This document shows positions 1-11,920 of a DNA stretch of 64,000 bases, piece after piece (position 1 is the stretch's first letter; the number at the start of each line of letters is the position of its first letter). The stretch covers positions 15,934,001 to 15,998,000 of the forward strand of contig JBHGNT010000018.1 of NCBI GenBank assembly GCA_043228905.1, read 5' to 3'. The notes under the pieces were generated by a model. That model searched no databases, was not told the origin of the DNA, and worked only from the letters and a program-made list of their open reading frames with translations. The translations under genes and the position numbers were made by a program. Source of the DNA: Azolla caroliniana. Lineage: Eukaryota > Plantae > Polypodiophyta.

Positions 1-245
1 AATATGTCTCTTCATCCGGTGAGCACTCCTCACCGGGTCTGCACCATCCGGCTCTCCGTAGTCGGGTACTCCTCATTCGGTTCTCACCGGGTCTGCACCA
101 TCCGGCTCTCCGAAGCCGGGTACTCCTCATCCGGTTCTCACCGGGTCTGCACCATCCGGCTCTCCGAAGCCAGGTACTCCTTATCCGGTTTGCTCATCAG
201 CATTGTTCTTCTCCCTTCCCATCCGGAGGGACCAATTTCCTAACA
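1..245 (-). mobile_element. Partial copia LTR (5' end of LTR at 245, runs off the window), related to the LTRs at 44556/49434
   Basis: Minus strand begins TGTTAGGAAATTGGTCCCTCCGGATGGGAAGGGAGAAGAAC, closely matching TGTTGGGAGACAGGTCCCTCCGGATTGGAAGGGAGAAGAAC at 49434. It carries about 3 copies of the same ~54-bp repeat and interrupts the copia RT frame at 246. Confidence 0.85.
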
Positions 246-1290
246 CCGACTTCAGACCAGCCTGCGCTGAGAAGCGGTTCCGACAAATTGTCGGAAGCCT
301 TATATATTTAACAATCACCCGACTCGACATCAGTTATCCGGTCGGCGTGATCAGCCAATATATGCAGAAGCCCACCGTGGAGCACCTTCTGTGCGCGCAT
401 CGAATTTTGCGATATGTGAGCGGCACGAAGGACCGGGGACTGTTATACCGGCATGGTATAACCGAAGAGCTAGTCAGCTACACCAATGCCGACTGGGCCG
501 GCGATGCATCGGATCGCCGATTCACCTCCGGCTATATGTTTTCCCTTGGTAGCGCGGTTGTTGCGTGGAGCAGCAAAAAACAGCCAACAGTGGCCCTTTC
601 GAGCAGTGAGGCTGAATACCAGGGCGCTATCGTTGCCACCTGTGAAGCCATTTGGCTTCAACGGCTGTTGCAAGACCTGCGGATCGAGGTGTCGACCCCG
701 ATCCTGATCTAGTATGACAACATCAGCAGCATGCAGCTCACCAAGAACCTCGTATTCCATGCTTGCACAAAGCACATAGAAGTGCACTACCACTTCGTGT
801 GTGAGCATGTCCTGAGCGGTGAAGTCGAACTTCGGTATGTTCATATGGATCGGCAAGTTGCCGACATCTTCACCAAACCACTCGGATCGGACAAGTTGCA
901 ACACTTCACTGAAATGCTTGGTGTTCAGCATCTCGACGTGCCACACTTGAGGGGGAGAACGGGCAAAGACACTAGAACGGGCAAAGGCAAAGAAATTGTT
1001 GATTGCGCCGATGAGGGAAGAACCGACAAAAGGGGAGACAAGAAGAAGAAAGGAGCTAAGTCGACAAAGGAAGTTGACACATCCAAACAAGACGGAACAA
1101 GCGGCAGCAGCGGCAGAGTCAAGAAGGACAGAGCCGACCAGAAGAAGAAGGCCAAGACTCGGACATGGTCCGATGTGGTGAAGGGCCTGGAACCGGAAGA
1201 CGAATCGGGAGCGACCGATTCGGACAAGAGCTGGAACGAATCGAAGACAGTTGATTCGGTTCAACAGACGGATTCGGAAGAACCAGACAG
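246..1290 (+). pseudogene. Ty1/copia pol remnant: RT C-terminus, RNase H and charged C-terminal extension
   Basis: Motifs RFRQIVGSLIYLTITRLDISY, NADWAGD, WSSKKQ, SSSEAEY, TKHIEVHYHF, ADIFTKPL. One in-frame stop at 710-712. Tail contains KTRTWSDVVKGL. Confidence 0.9.
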
Positions 1291-1321
1291 TTGTTCTACT
1301 CTTTCTTTGTCTCTCCTGCGT

Positions 1322-1974
1322 TGTCGAGGTATTCCTCGCGGATGCATGGAATGAGGCGGGACCTCGGGGGTCTTGTACTGAAGGGCAAGAGAGAAAGGAG
1401 AAGGGAGGGGACCCACTACGTGCGAGCGTAGATTCACAGGGACACGGCCCTTCGACACAAAGACGCGAGTGCGACACCGACACAGAGAGACACGAATGTA
1501 TGTAAATATATATATTAACAAGACAAACGACAAGAAGCACGAAGTCGGTTACAACCGAACAGGCCGGCGAACAGATGCTGATGCCTGTTCGTAAACGCAC
1601 AGAAAGAAAAGAGTAGGTTGGAGGTGCTGCCGGAAGCACTCGGGCATTCCTCAGAGCAGCGCGAGCCTCCCGAAACCTACACAGAAAGAAGCCACAGAGC
1701 TTGGGGGAGAGAGAGAGAAGCCTTCGCCCACAAACCGACAGCACTTCGTCCTCTTCTATCCGCCATTCCCCCTTTTCCCCCCTCTCGTCTCCCTCCTCTT
1801 ATAGGCAAGGAAGGAGCCGTTTCCCATTAACTTCCTACCTACTGAATCTACCTACCTAGGATCTTCTTTGTACCTAATTCTCTCTTATGTACAATATAAG
1901 GCGTACGTGCATGAAGAGCCGGTTCCTACGCTCCGGTGTACCGATTCTGCTTGTAGACGGTTTTCTTCACGACA
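1322..1974 (-). repeat. 3' LTR of gypsy element
   Basis: Direct repeat of 7712-8364 with about 7 substitutions in 653 bp by eye; TG...CA ends. Confidence 0.95.
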
Positions 1975-1990
1975 TCCGCCCCCACCTAAC
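1975..1990 (-). other. Polypurine tract of gypsy element
   Basis: Minus strand GTTAGGTGGGGGCGGA directly precedes the 3' LTR; the equivalent tract is at 60965-60980 in the related element. Confidence 0.75.
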
Positions 1991-2047
1991 CGCGCATCCT
2001 CCGGCATGCGCCAAATTGAGTCGGGACGGAGAAAACCGGTCCAGCCT

Positions 2048-5000
2048 TCATTCCTCGCCCGTTGGTTCTTCCTCGGTTTCGGATCGTTCGTCGTCGCGGT
2101 CCAGGTTAACCGGATCCGGCTCGTCGTCGTGACGCTTTTTGAACGCTTTGATCCGCTTCCCAGCTACCGGTATCGCCATTCTCGTGCCGTCGAGTTCCGC
2201 CAGATGGTACGTCCCGTTGTCGTTGGCGCTTTGTACCACGTAAGGTCCAAACCACCTTCTCGCGAACTTTCGTGTCACTCGGTGCTGGTTGTCGAGGCTG
2301 CTGTCGTAGACTAGCACCCGGTCGCCTTCCTCGATCTTCTTCGGTCGGAGCCGGTGCGTTCGGTCGAACCGGGCTTTGTTCCTCGTCCTTGCCACCCGAA
2401 GCTTTCCTGCGGCCTGCTCCACGTCCTCCGGTCTTCGCTCGAGCTGTCATATGCGCGCCGCCAACAGTTCCTCCCGGCTCATCTCGTCTCTCTAATCCAC
2501 GGTTTCCTATGAGGAGATCGTACGTTCCATCGGCATGATCAGCTTCTGCCCAAACATGAGCTCTGCCAGCATGAATCCGGTTACCGAACTGTGCGTAGTT
2601 CGGTCTACCCACAACGCGTAAGGCAGCAGTCGCGGCCAGTTCCCAACTTGACCCCCGCATGCCCAAACTAACGCCTTGACGATCGGTCCGTGTCCGCGCT
2701 CCACCTTCCCATTCGCCTCCGGATTGTACGCAGTGGTAAGCGAGAGCTTGACTCCTAGCCGGTCGAACAGCTCCTCGGCCTCTTCGGCGTCCAACTCCCC
2801 GCGATCAGCCATGATCTTCCCGACGCACCCGTACCGGCATATCACGTCCTCGATCAGGAACCGACATGCGGCCGCGGTCATTTTGTTCTGAAGGGCTCGG
2901 CCTTCCACCTAGTTCATCAGATCTTCCCGAGCCAGGACCAGATACCGCATCTGTCCTACTCCCATCGGCATCGTCACCAGATCTACCATCCATTTGAAGT
3001 GGATGGTCGGAGGGTACGTAGGGTGAAGCTCATCCTGATGTCAGACTACGGAGTGCATCTGGCAGCTCTCGCAAGTTGTCACGAACCGATGCACGTCCCG
3101 GTACAGTCCCGGCCACCAGTACTTCCCCTTTATCTTCTCGAACGTGGCCCACGTTCCACGGTGTCCAGCCCAAGGGCTGTCGTGGTAGGCCGTCAGCAGC
3201 TCCTCCTGTTCTTCCTTCATCGCCACCACCCGGAGCGGGGCGCCGTTCCTCTTCTTCGGGTGCTTCCATAAGTATCCGTCCCGGAGAAAGAATCGGTATG
3301 CTTTCTTCCGGATCCGGTTGGTCTCGTCCCTCGTCCATGACGCATCCGGCGTCATTGTCTTCAAGAAGCCACCGATCTGTAGCCACTCGCCGTCGTACTT
3401 GCTCTCGTCGAAGCCGTTAAGTGTCGGAGTGCCCGTCCCATCGGTCGTCACGTACGCTGCCTCGAAGAAGTCCACGCCGACTTCTTCGTCCTCCAAAACC
3501 ATGCCGCCCTCGTCATCAAACCTCACCCTCGAAAGCATGTCGGCCATGGCGTTGTCCTTTCCGGAAATGTGTCGTATTTCCGGGTCCAGGGACTTGATGT
3601 ACGCTATCCACCTGAGCATCGCCAGGTCCGGTGTCGCGCACCCGGAAACCATGCCGAGAATTGGCAGGCAATCCGTCTCGATAATCACTTCCGTCCCGAT
3701 CAGGTAATCTTTGTCGGCCTTTACTGCCGAAACGATACCCCAGAGTTCGCGTTTAACCTGGGCGTACCCTCGTTCTCGCTCACTGAGGACCTTCGCGCCG
3801 AATCGGATCGGGAACCGAACGTCGTCCTCGTCTTCTTGGTTGACGACCCATCCGATCCCGGTCGGACTCATATCCACCGTTATGTATACCGGGGAACCCT
3901 TCCCATAGACAGCCTTCCGGAGCGCCGGTGCTGCCGCAAGAGCTCCCTGCAGCTTCCGGACCGACTCCGTGTGCTCATCTCGCCACTCGAATTTTCGCCC
4001 CTTCTTCAGCAACCCGTATAGCGGCTCCGCAACGTGGGCGTAATGCGGGATCCATATGTGGTAGAATGTGCATGCCCCCAGGAACCTTCGAACTTCCGTA
4101 ACCGAGCTACAGTCAGTCTTCATCGCGGAGATGGCTTCTACTTTTTCCGGAGACGGCTTCCGGCCATACGGTCCACATAGGTGTCCGACCACCAGGATTT
4201 CTGATTGCCCGAAGGCCGATTTCTCCCCGGAGAAGGTGAGCCTCGCATCCTCTAGCCTTTGTAGCACCTTCTCGCAGTCGTCGATGTGTGTTGCCACGAA
4301 TCGCCGGCATCCGTCCGGCCTGAGTGTCTCGTCCTTCTCTTCCACCGGGCACCCCTTGATCGGGATGTCATCTAGAAACGGCATGGTGATGTCCGGGATG
4401 CAATCCCTCAGTACCTTGTTCATTGCATTCACCATGTGGGCCACCGAGTTGGTCCCTCCTTGTGGCAGGGTACACATTCGCACTAGGCCGAGGGGAGTTC
4501 GCATCCTCGTAATGTCTCTGCTCTCCACGGCTAGCTGGAATTGGTCGTACCCCGAGTACAGATCACCAACCGAGTAAATCGACCTTCCGGCGAAGGCCTC
4601 CGCGAACTCGTCTATGGTCGGTCTGATTCCTGCGTTCCGGATGGTCACTCTGTTGACCGGCTACAGGTCTTGAATGAAGCGCAATGTTCCGTTTTTCTTC
4701 GGTACGGTAAACCATCGGTTCGAGTATGGGGCACTTGATGGTTCGAGAATGCCCATATCGACTTTCTGCCTCAATAGCTCCATCAACTTCGGGATGTGAG
4801 CTCTCGGTACTAGAATCGGCTTGAGATTCCACGGTACATGCGGTACCGTGAATATCACCATCGGCTCCACGATTGTCGGGTCTACGCACCCGATCTCTTC
4901 CGGTGAGAATGTGAAGGCTTTCCCGTGCCTTCCGAGCATTCTCCGAAACCGGTCTTCCTCCGCCGGCAGTAGGAACCCGCCCCCACCGATTTTGAGCTCC

Positions 5001-5545
5001 AGGAGCGTCCCATCGGTGAAGGTGTGACCTATGCAGACCGGATCTCGTAAACTGGGGTCCGACGCAACCCCTCTGATTCGGGATTCGCTGCCCTCCAATA
5101 AGGGTGCCGCGACTGGCCTTACCTTCCGGTCCACAGTCTTGTACTTCGTGCTAACTCGGGCCGTCCGATCCGGCTCGAGCTCTTGACTGAAGTTCGCGAT
5201 GACTTCATACATCTCTTGGGAACATACCGGTATCGTCTGGTCTTCAATAAGGTCTTCCCCGGCTACCTTCCTCAGCATCCCCAAGGTGTCATTGAAGGAG
5301 ACCGCCTCCACGGCTCCGCTGATTTCCTCGTCTGGGCCGAGGACTCCGCACGCTCGAAGTCGCTCCTCCGCCCTTGCCCTTTCTCGGCCAGCGATGCCGA
5401 CTATCATACACCCTCCGTCGTTGGAGAAGCAAAATTTTCTACCTATCGTACAAGGATTCTTCGGTTTCGGTTCTATCATACAGCTGTGGGGTCTTTCGCA
5501 AGTGTCCGGACTATCTCAGCCCCACGCCTCGATAACCCTTTCTAA
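2048..5545 (-). pseudogene. pol: Gypsy pol (RT, RNase H, integrase) broken by stops
   Basis: RT: YSNRWFTVPKKNGTLRFIQDL, DLYSGYDQ, LPQGGTNS, FLDD. RH: ITVD, ETDC, NAMADMLSR. IN: H-x6-H...CESC zinc finger, ADRGE, YNPEANGKVERGH, WFGPY. ORF pieces 4661-5479, 3041-4648, 2507-2908, 2048-2422. Confidence 0.93.
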
Positions 5546-5551
5546 AAATCC
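5486..5551 (-). promoter_or_regulatory. Putative -1 programmed ribosomal frameshift signal (G GAU UUU slippery site plus H-type pseudoknot)
   Basis: The gag-PR frame ends GAG GAT TTT TAG (5553-5542) and pol lies in the -1 frame. Stem 1 GGGUUAUC (5538-5531) pairs with GAUAGUCC (5515-5508); stem 2 GUGGGG (5525-5520) pairs with CCCCAC (5491-5486). Confidence 0.65.
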
Positions 5552-7668
5552 TCCCGGTTCTCGCCACCGAGGGATTCGCGGTTTCGCTCGTGGTTCGGCC
5601 GCACCATCAGAAATTGGACCGAATGGCGCTCGTCCTAGCTTTTGACCCTCGCATAGGCCGAACCGTTGTCCAGCACTTTGGTCTCCATTCTCGCCGCCGT
5701 GATGTATGGTTCCCCTAAAATGACCGGATGCGAGGACGTCTCCTGTACGAAGAAGTGCGGGTCAATCTCGACGTCGCCGATCTTGACTCGCACATTCGGG
5801 CAGGCCCCGTGCAGTTCCTCGGTGGCGCGCGTCGCCGCCCGTATCTTCCACCCGTGCTTGGTGTTGATCGGCCATTTTCCCTTCTTATAGAAGTCCATGG
5901 ACATCAGGTTTATTTCCGAACCGTGGTCCACCAGTGCTACCACCGGTTCCTGAACATCTCCGATCTTTACCGGGGTCTCCGTGGTCGCTCGGGCCCAGTG
6001 TGGCCTCGAATAGTGGCTCTCCGCCCACCCATCTTCCAGCGCTAAGTCGTCGATGTGCGTCGTCCGCACCTCCACCGGTCTTTCCGGTTCCGTCTCCGTC
6101 GACAGCCTCTTCCGTTTCACCAAGTCTACAATGGAGTCGTGGAACTCCTTCTTGGCGATCCCTAGCACCTCCCGCAATGACAGCTCCACTTTGTTGTCGA
6201 GGATCCGTTCTTCTAGGACCTTTCGTAGGTTCGTGGTCCTTTCTATTTTCGTCCCCAGTCGGTATCCGCCCTTCCTGGGGTTATCTTGCGAGCTGGACCC
6301 ACCGGCATCGTTCCGTCGTTGCCCGAATCGGGTCTCGTACCGTTGTGAGGGCCCGGGCGCTCCGACTTTCCCCACTCGTTTGTCTTCTACCAGAGCCTTG
6401 TAGTTTCGGCAGGCGGCTTCTACGAAGCCCGTCTTCTCCTCGACCGGGTCGCTCCACCCGGTTACTTCCCGGACTCGTCTCTCAGCGCGGTCCGCTTCAT
6501 CTTTCCTCAACCGTGCGCCGGCGAGGCCTTCCAGCATTGCCGACCAGAATCCGTCTTTGCTCTCCTCTCGTGCCTCGCTGCCCCCGACCCGAATGCCGGC
6601 CGATGCTGAGTAGTGGATGGCCTCCACGTGTCGGGCCGCTGCCTCTTCCATCAGTCTCTTCATACCTCCTCGCCCGTCGTTTCGGTTTAGGGCCCTTCTG
6701 GTGTCGTCGGCGTGCACCCGGCCTTCCCACATGTACACCACCCGGTTCCTCAATGCCTCTGCGAAGTCGCCGCAGTCCTTCCGAATGTGGCCGACCTCGT
6801 CACACCACATGCACTTGTTCCCTGCTGTCGGCCGTTGGTCACGAGCCGGTTCGCCGCCTTCCCTTCGAGTCTGGGCGATCTGGAGATCCTTTATCGCCCG
6901 CGTCAACTCCTCCAGCGCTGCTCCTTCGGACGAGCCATTGACCATGCCGGTCGAAGCCGGACCGGTTTCGCGCCATTCCCGGGTTTCTTCCCTTCGCCCT
7001 TGCGGTGCCGGTTCAAGCCTCCTTGCTGTGACAGAGCCCGCATCGGCCGCCCCGTTGTCAGCCCATTCTCGCTGTTTGTCAAAACGGCCACAGACTCTCT
7101 TAACCGCAGCCCAGTCGGTCGTCAGCCCGTCTTCGGTTTCCAGCAAGGAGCCGACTTGATCCCGGTCCCGCTCGTCCACCGACTTGACGAACAGTAGGAC
7201 CCGGCTCGTATCCAGAACGGTTCGGTCAAGCGCCGAAAGGCGCGCAAAGCGTTCTTCGAACTCCCGGAGGAGTGCCGACGCGTTTCTTCCCTTGCCGAGG
7301 GACTCCACCCATTCCATGAAGTCTCGTTTCGAAAGCCGGAGCGCGTCGTCCAGCCCATATTTTTCTAGGAGTCGGCCTTCGAACTCCTCCCAGGTACGGC
7401 TCTCCGCCCGCACCTCGAGCACCTCCGCATGGATGCTCGTCATCGCCACTCGAGGAAACCCAGCAAGACGCCTCTCTTCCGGAATGTCCCGCATCAGCAT
7501 TTCTGCCCCGTAGGACGCCAAATACTTCGTGGCATCCTTTCCGCTGAACCGGCCGATCGTACCGACGACCACCTCAATGGCTCTGTCGAGGGCGCCGGTG
7601 CCCTCGCGTGCGCTCAATATCCGATCCACGGCCGAAGCCATGGCCTCCGCAAGATCCGACCCTTTCAT
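5542..7668 (-). pseudogene. gag: Gypsy gag-protease ORF (one premature TAG at 5635-5637)
   Basis: First ATG after the PBS is at 7668 (MKGSDLAEAM); CCHC knuckle CMWCDEVGHIRKDC; aspartic protease ALVDHGSEINLM...ILGEPY. The frame continues past the TAG to ...NREDF*. Confidence 0.88.
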
Positions 7669-7690
7669 CTTCTGCTCTTCTGCCGCCTCC

Positions 7691-7708
7691 TTCACGTCGG
7701 GTTCACCA
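7691..7708 (-). other. Primer binding site complementary to tRNA-Trp 3' end
   Basis: TGGTGAACCCGACGTGAA lies 3 nt inside the 5' LTR; the plus strand TTCACGTCGGGTTCACCA equals the 3' end of plant cytosolic tRNA-Trp(CCA) as I recall it. Confidence 0.85.
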
Positions 7709-7711
7709 AGA

Positions 7712-8364
7712 TGTCGAGGTATTCCTCGCGGATGCGTGGAATGAGGCGGGACTTCAGGGGTCTTGTACTGAAGGGCAAGAGAGAAAGGAGAAGGGAGGGG
7801 ACCCACTACGTGCGAGCGTAGATTCACAGGGACACGGCCCTTCGACACAAAGACGCGAGTGCGACACCGACACAGAGAGACACGAATGTAGGTAAATATA
7901 TATATTAACAAGACAAACGACAAGAAGCACGAAGTCGGTTACAACCGAACAGGCCGGCGAACAGATGCCGATGCCTGTTCGTAAACGCACAGAAAGAAAA
8001 GAGTAGGTTGGAGGTGCTGCCGGAAGCACTCGGGCATTCCTCAGAGCAGCGCGAGCCTCCCGAAACCTACACAGAAAGAAGCCACAGAGCTTGGGGGAGA
8101 GAGAGAGAAGCCTTCGCCCACAAACCGACAGCACTTCGTCCTCTTCTATCCGCCATTCCCCCTTTTCCCCCCTCTCGTCTCCCTCCTCTTATAGGCAAGG
8201 AAGGAGCCGTTTCCCATTAACTTCCTACCTACCGAATCTACCTACCTAGGATCTTCTTTGTACCTAATTCTCTCTTATGTACAATATAAGGCGTACGTGC
8301 ATGAAGAGCCGGTTCCTACGCTCCGGTGTACCGATTCTGCTTGTGGACGGTTTTCTTCACGACA
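7712..8364 (-). repeat. 5' LTR of gypsy element
   Basis: Direct repeat of 1322-1974, adjacent to the PBS. Confidence 0.95.
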
Positions 8365-8368
8365 GCGT

Positions 8369-8682
8369 ACTGTGTATATTCAAGCTCTCCATTAAACCTA
8401 CGTTTCGTAGACTACTAGGTAGTTAACGTCTCGTAGTTAGTGTCAGGCGCTCGTGTGAGCATTGAAGTACATTGTACCTCTGTCAGTCCTCTTAGGACTT
8501 GTATAAATAGTGTTGTTGAGCACATTGTATGTACAGAATTTTTACAAAGTTGTTCATAATAGATTTAAGTTGTTCTACTCTTTCTCTGTCTCTCCTGCGT
8601 ACTGTGTATATTCAAGCTCTCCATTAAACCTGCGTTTCTGTGTTCGGTTTTCTATTGCTTTCGCGTGCTATTCGTTTTTACA
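8369..8682 (+). mobile_element. 5'-truncated 3' LTR of the copia host element
   Basis: GAGCATTGAAGTAC...TGTCAG...CTTGTATAAA...GAGCAC motifs are shared with copia LTRs at 43835-44278, 35338-35689 and 56269-56706; ends TTTTACA at 8682. Confidence 0.8.
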
Positions 8683-9751
8683 ACTTCTTTTTCACTAAAA
8701 TCTTTTTTTTTCTTTTGCTTTTTGTTGGGGTTTTACTTTCATTTTTTTATAAATACGTATTATACTTGTTTTTTCAAATGTACGTTAAATACCGTATTGG
8801 GCAAATGTACATGATATTTGACTGAACAACATTGAGTATAGTACGTACTATATAAATTATGAGGTACTATACGTATTTAAACATTAAATACGGGTACATA
8901 AACAACCATGGTAAAGCGGGAGTAGTGTGAACCCTACTCTTAATGTAATCAAGCCTAGGATTGGTCAGTAAGTTTGATGGAGCGTACCCTTGCACGATAA
9001 AACTCAATGATTTCTACCTTAGTGAGCTAAACATGTGAGAGCACTTTTGAGTTCCCTCATAGTGGACGTTCACACGATGTCTCACAACAAGATCTCACCA
9101 CAAAATATCTGTTCCTATGGCAAAAAAACACAAGATCTCTTTGGCGTAGCAACAACCTCAAAAGGTGTGATCTCGAGTGGCAAGTGGTCAACCGAGACCT
9201 TGACAAGAGAATGAGTGTGTTCTCTCAAGAAAAGTGTCACAGGGACCTCTCTTGCGTTGACTTATTGTGAGGGAAAGAAATAGGAGACAAATATGAGGCA
9301 GCTTAGCCAAACATTATGTGATTTTTAGTAGATAAAACGGGAAGAAGTTGTTAAAATGTCCAAATTAAGTTTGTGTACATAGCATGAAAGTAAGAAAAGG
9401 AAGAAAAGAGTTGAAGGGGATATCCTTGATTCCAAGTGGCATATTTATGTAATCAACAACAATGGCACTTTGTTCATAATTTGTAGACTTCCCACATGCC
9501 CTCATATGAATTTATCATCTATTCAAGGCTCCTAGCACCGGCAATATTTATATCAGCCACTTACACTTAGCCCACGATGCCTTGTCATGTGTGTGTGCCT
9601 ATTGTGGCTCTCTATCTTTCCCTCTTATCATTGCCAAAGGATTTGAAACTCTTAATTCTTCCATTAGCCTTCACTAACTCTAAGACTATTTGAGTTATCC
9701 CTTGTAGGTGTCCAAAAATTTTCGTTTCCCTTTTCCTTCTAGTAATATGTT

Positions 9752-9837
9752 AGAGAGAGAGAGAGAGAGAGAGAGAGACTCTTTGTGTGTAAGTGTGTGT
9801 GTGTGTGTGTGTGCGCGCGCACGCACGCACGCGCGCG
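9752..9837. repeat. Compound microsatellite (AG)n/(GT)n/(GC)n
   Basis: Directly visible dinucleotide runs. Confidence 0.9.
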
Positions 9838-11359
9838 TAAGAGTTAAATCGGTTTAAGTCAACATAGGAATACGTTTTCACCGTAATAGTATACCTCTTA
9901 ATTTCAGGTTCCAAGGACAACAAACATATCATTCCATTAAGATCCCCTAAAATGTGTTGTCTTGTGAAAATGTACATTTTTTTAAGAAAGTGTCGGATTC
10001 ATAACACCACAAGAAACTAATATGTGCTTTTAATAATCAAAGAAGCATTCTTTAGATCTTCTATCTATTGGTGTAAATATGATGTTGTGAATAACCAAAA
10101 CATATATTTGGCACAAATACAAGCAATAGTTTGTACAACTTTGTACTAGAACACAACTAATGTAAACTTCAAAAACCCACACATACATTATCATACAAAT
10201 TCAATCAATTAGCTCCATTTATCTAATTAATGATGCTTGAATTTTGATTTAATTGTTTCATAGAGAACTCATACTTACATGAAGAACAAAATCATACATA
10301 ATCCAATTGAGAAACAAGAGTCTCGATGCAAACTAAATGTAAAAATAATACAATGGATCAAGTAAACGACAAATATTTAGGCTCAAGGAACACGTGAATT
10401 GATCTAATCTTTGATTTTGTAGAATATCTTCAACATTCTCCTTACTTTCCTCATCCGATGATCCATCTACTTCTCTATAACAAAGTTACAATCAACTACT
10501 CCTCGTCTATAAAGCTTCATAATATTCCCCTGGCTCATTAAATAATGGACCTTTCCTAATAAAATGTTAGTTCCCATTTGAATGAAGCTTGCTTGCAAGG
10601 CATTCTTGAAGACCATATAGCAATGTGTGGACCTCTTCACAACATATGGTTGTAGTTCTTGAAGAAAACAATTATTTACATTGCAAAAGAACAATGCAAA
10701 TATGCTTCTTGAATAAAGACCGTGTGATTGTCTAGCCACAAGCTTTCGAAAGGTACGAAAACATCTTCTTATCCCAAAAAATTTAACGAATCTCACTAGC
10801 AAAACCTTAAAAAACTATTGATAATTGCTCAACAGCAAAGTACAAGCATTATGCACAAACACTTGGTGGTGTACTCATGTTATTAATAACAAATAAGAAT
10901 GACTTGCTTGCAATTTTGGACAACTCGACAAGATTCACAATAGGGTACATCTTTTTTACCTTTGTACATGATCAAATATAATAAGCAAAGAAAAACTTGG
11001 AAAACTTGGATAGAAAGCATATATGATGAGCCCCAAAAAACTCACTCAATGCACGCGAGCTTAGATCAAGGTAATTAAATACATAAACAACATCAATGCA
11101 AACCCATATCTATTTATCTACACCTTGTTTAGAGCTTGTGGATTAAATTTTCTAGGATCTACTACCAAGAATGCACTCAAAGATATCAAGTCAATGGTGG
11201 AGCACATAAGTTAACTCCATAGAAAATGGTCAAACCTCAAGTACTCGTCCTTGCTATTGAAAAGTGCAAAGTCAAGATCCTCTATGCATCTCCATGACAT
11301 TTCAAACCTTCTATAAGCAAAAACAAGACTAAAAGCATGCAATTCGATTTGAGAGAGGC

Positions 11360-11920
11360 TTGCAATCTGCATCCCCTAGGTTCCCGAACATTTGGATGTT
11401 GATCGCAAGCTTCACCCTGTGGTATGTATGGAAAGCGCAATGCCTAAAGGTCTTTCAGGATCTGGTGCGGCCCCCAGAGGAAATGATCATGGACATATGG
11501 TTTACGCTTATCAGCTGCCTACGAGGGCAATTGGACGAGGTTTGCAACCATTCCAATGACGTGGTTACTGCCCGTTTGCGCTTTTGGCAGAAATGACAGA
11601 ATACGCCTATAGTGACACAAGGAGGAAGTGGCCCAAGGTGGAACTACAAACCCCCAGGCTGGTTGTTTCAATCTCACTTACCAACCTCCCTTCGTTGTCG
11701 ACCCCAAGAGTTGTTTCGTACTAGCCATCACTGAAGAGCACCGTTTTTAGCTATAGGTACTTACATTAAGTAGTCAGTCTAAAAGGTGATGTAACTAGTC
11801 TCATTTTCTTGAACTTGATCGGAGGGAGATTCCCCGATCTATGTATAAGCCTCCTTGTACAGTCTCTTTGTAATAATCCTTCCTAACTAATGGGAAAGTA
11901 GCTTCATTTTGTGACCAATA
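11360..11920 (+). mobile_element. 5'-truncated LINE (L1-like) 3' fragment: ORF2 C-terminus and 3' UTR
   Basis: IWMLIASFTLWYVWKAQCLKVF matches the W-x-I/V-W-K-x-R-N/C motif that follows the zf-RVT domain of plant L1 ORF2. The terminal CTAACTAATG..AAGTAG motif recurs at 34681 before an A-rich tail. Confidence 0.6.

Larger units (their letters stand above)
1322..8364 (-). mobile_element. Full-length Ty3/gypsy LTR retrotransposon (no chromodomain; probably the moss Phygy/RLG1-like lineage), inactivated by nonsense mutations
   Basis: Two 653-bp LTRs TGTCG...CGACA; TSD GCGT at 1318-1321 and 8365-8368; PBS and PPT present; domain order gag-PR-RT-RH-IN on the minus strand. Lineage assignment is inference. 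Confidence 0.95.

Noticed and set aside
7691-7708. tRNA-Trp gene
   Set aside because: Only the 3'-terminal 18 nt including CCA are present, next to an LTR; it is a primer binding site.
7669-7923. N-terminal 85 aa of ORF 5635..7923 and LTR-spanning ORFs such as 470..1744, 45179 and 50997 starts
   Set aside because: They begin at non-ATG codons inside LTRs, upstream of the PBS; the real gag starts are the first ATGs after each PBS.
10400-11300. Possible decayed DNA-transposon (hAT-like) coding relic
   Set aside because: Only isolated WW-type hints; no continuous motif, TIR or TSD that I can support.
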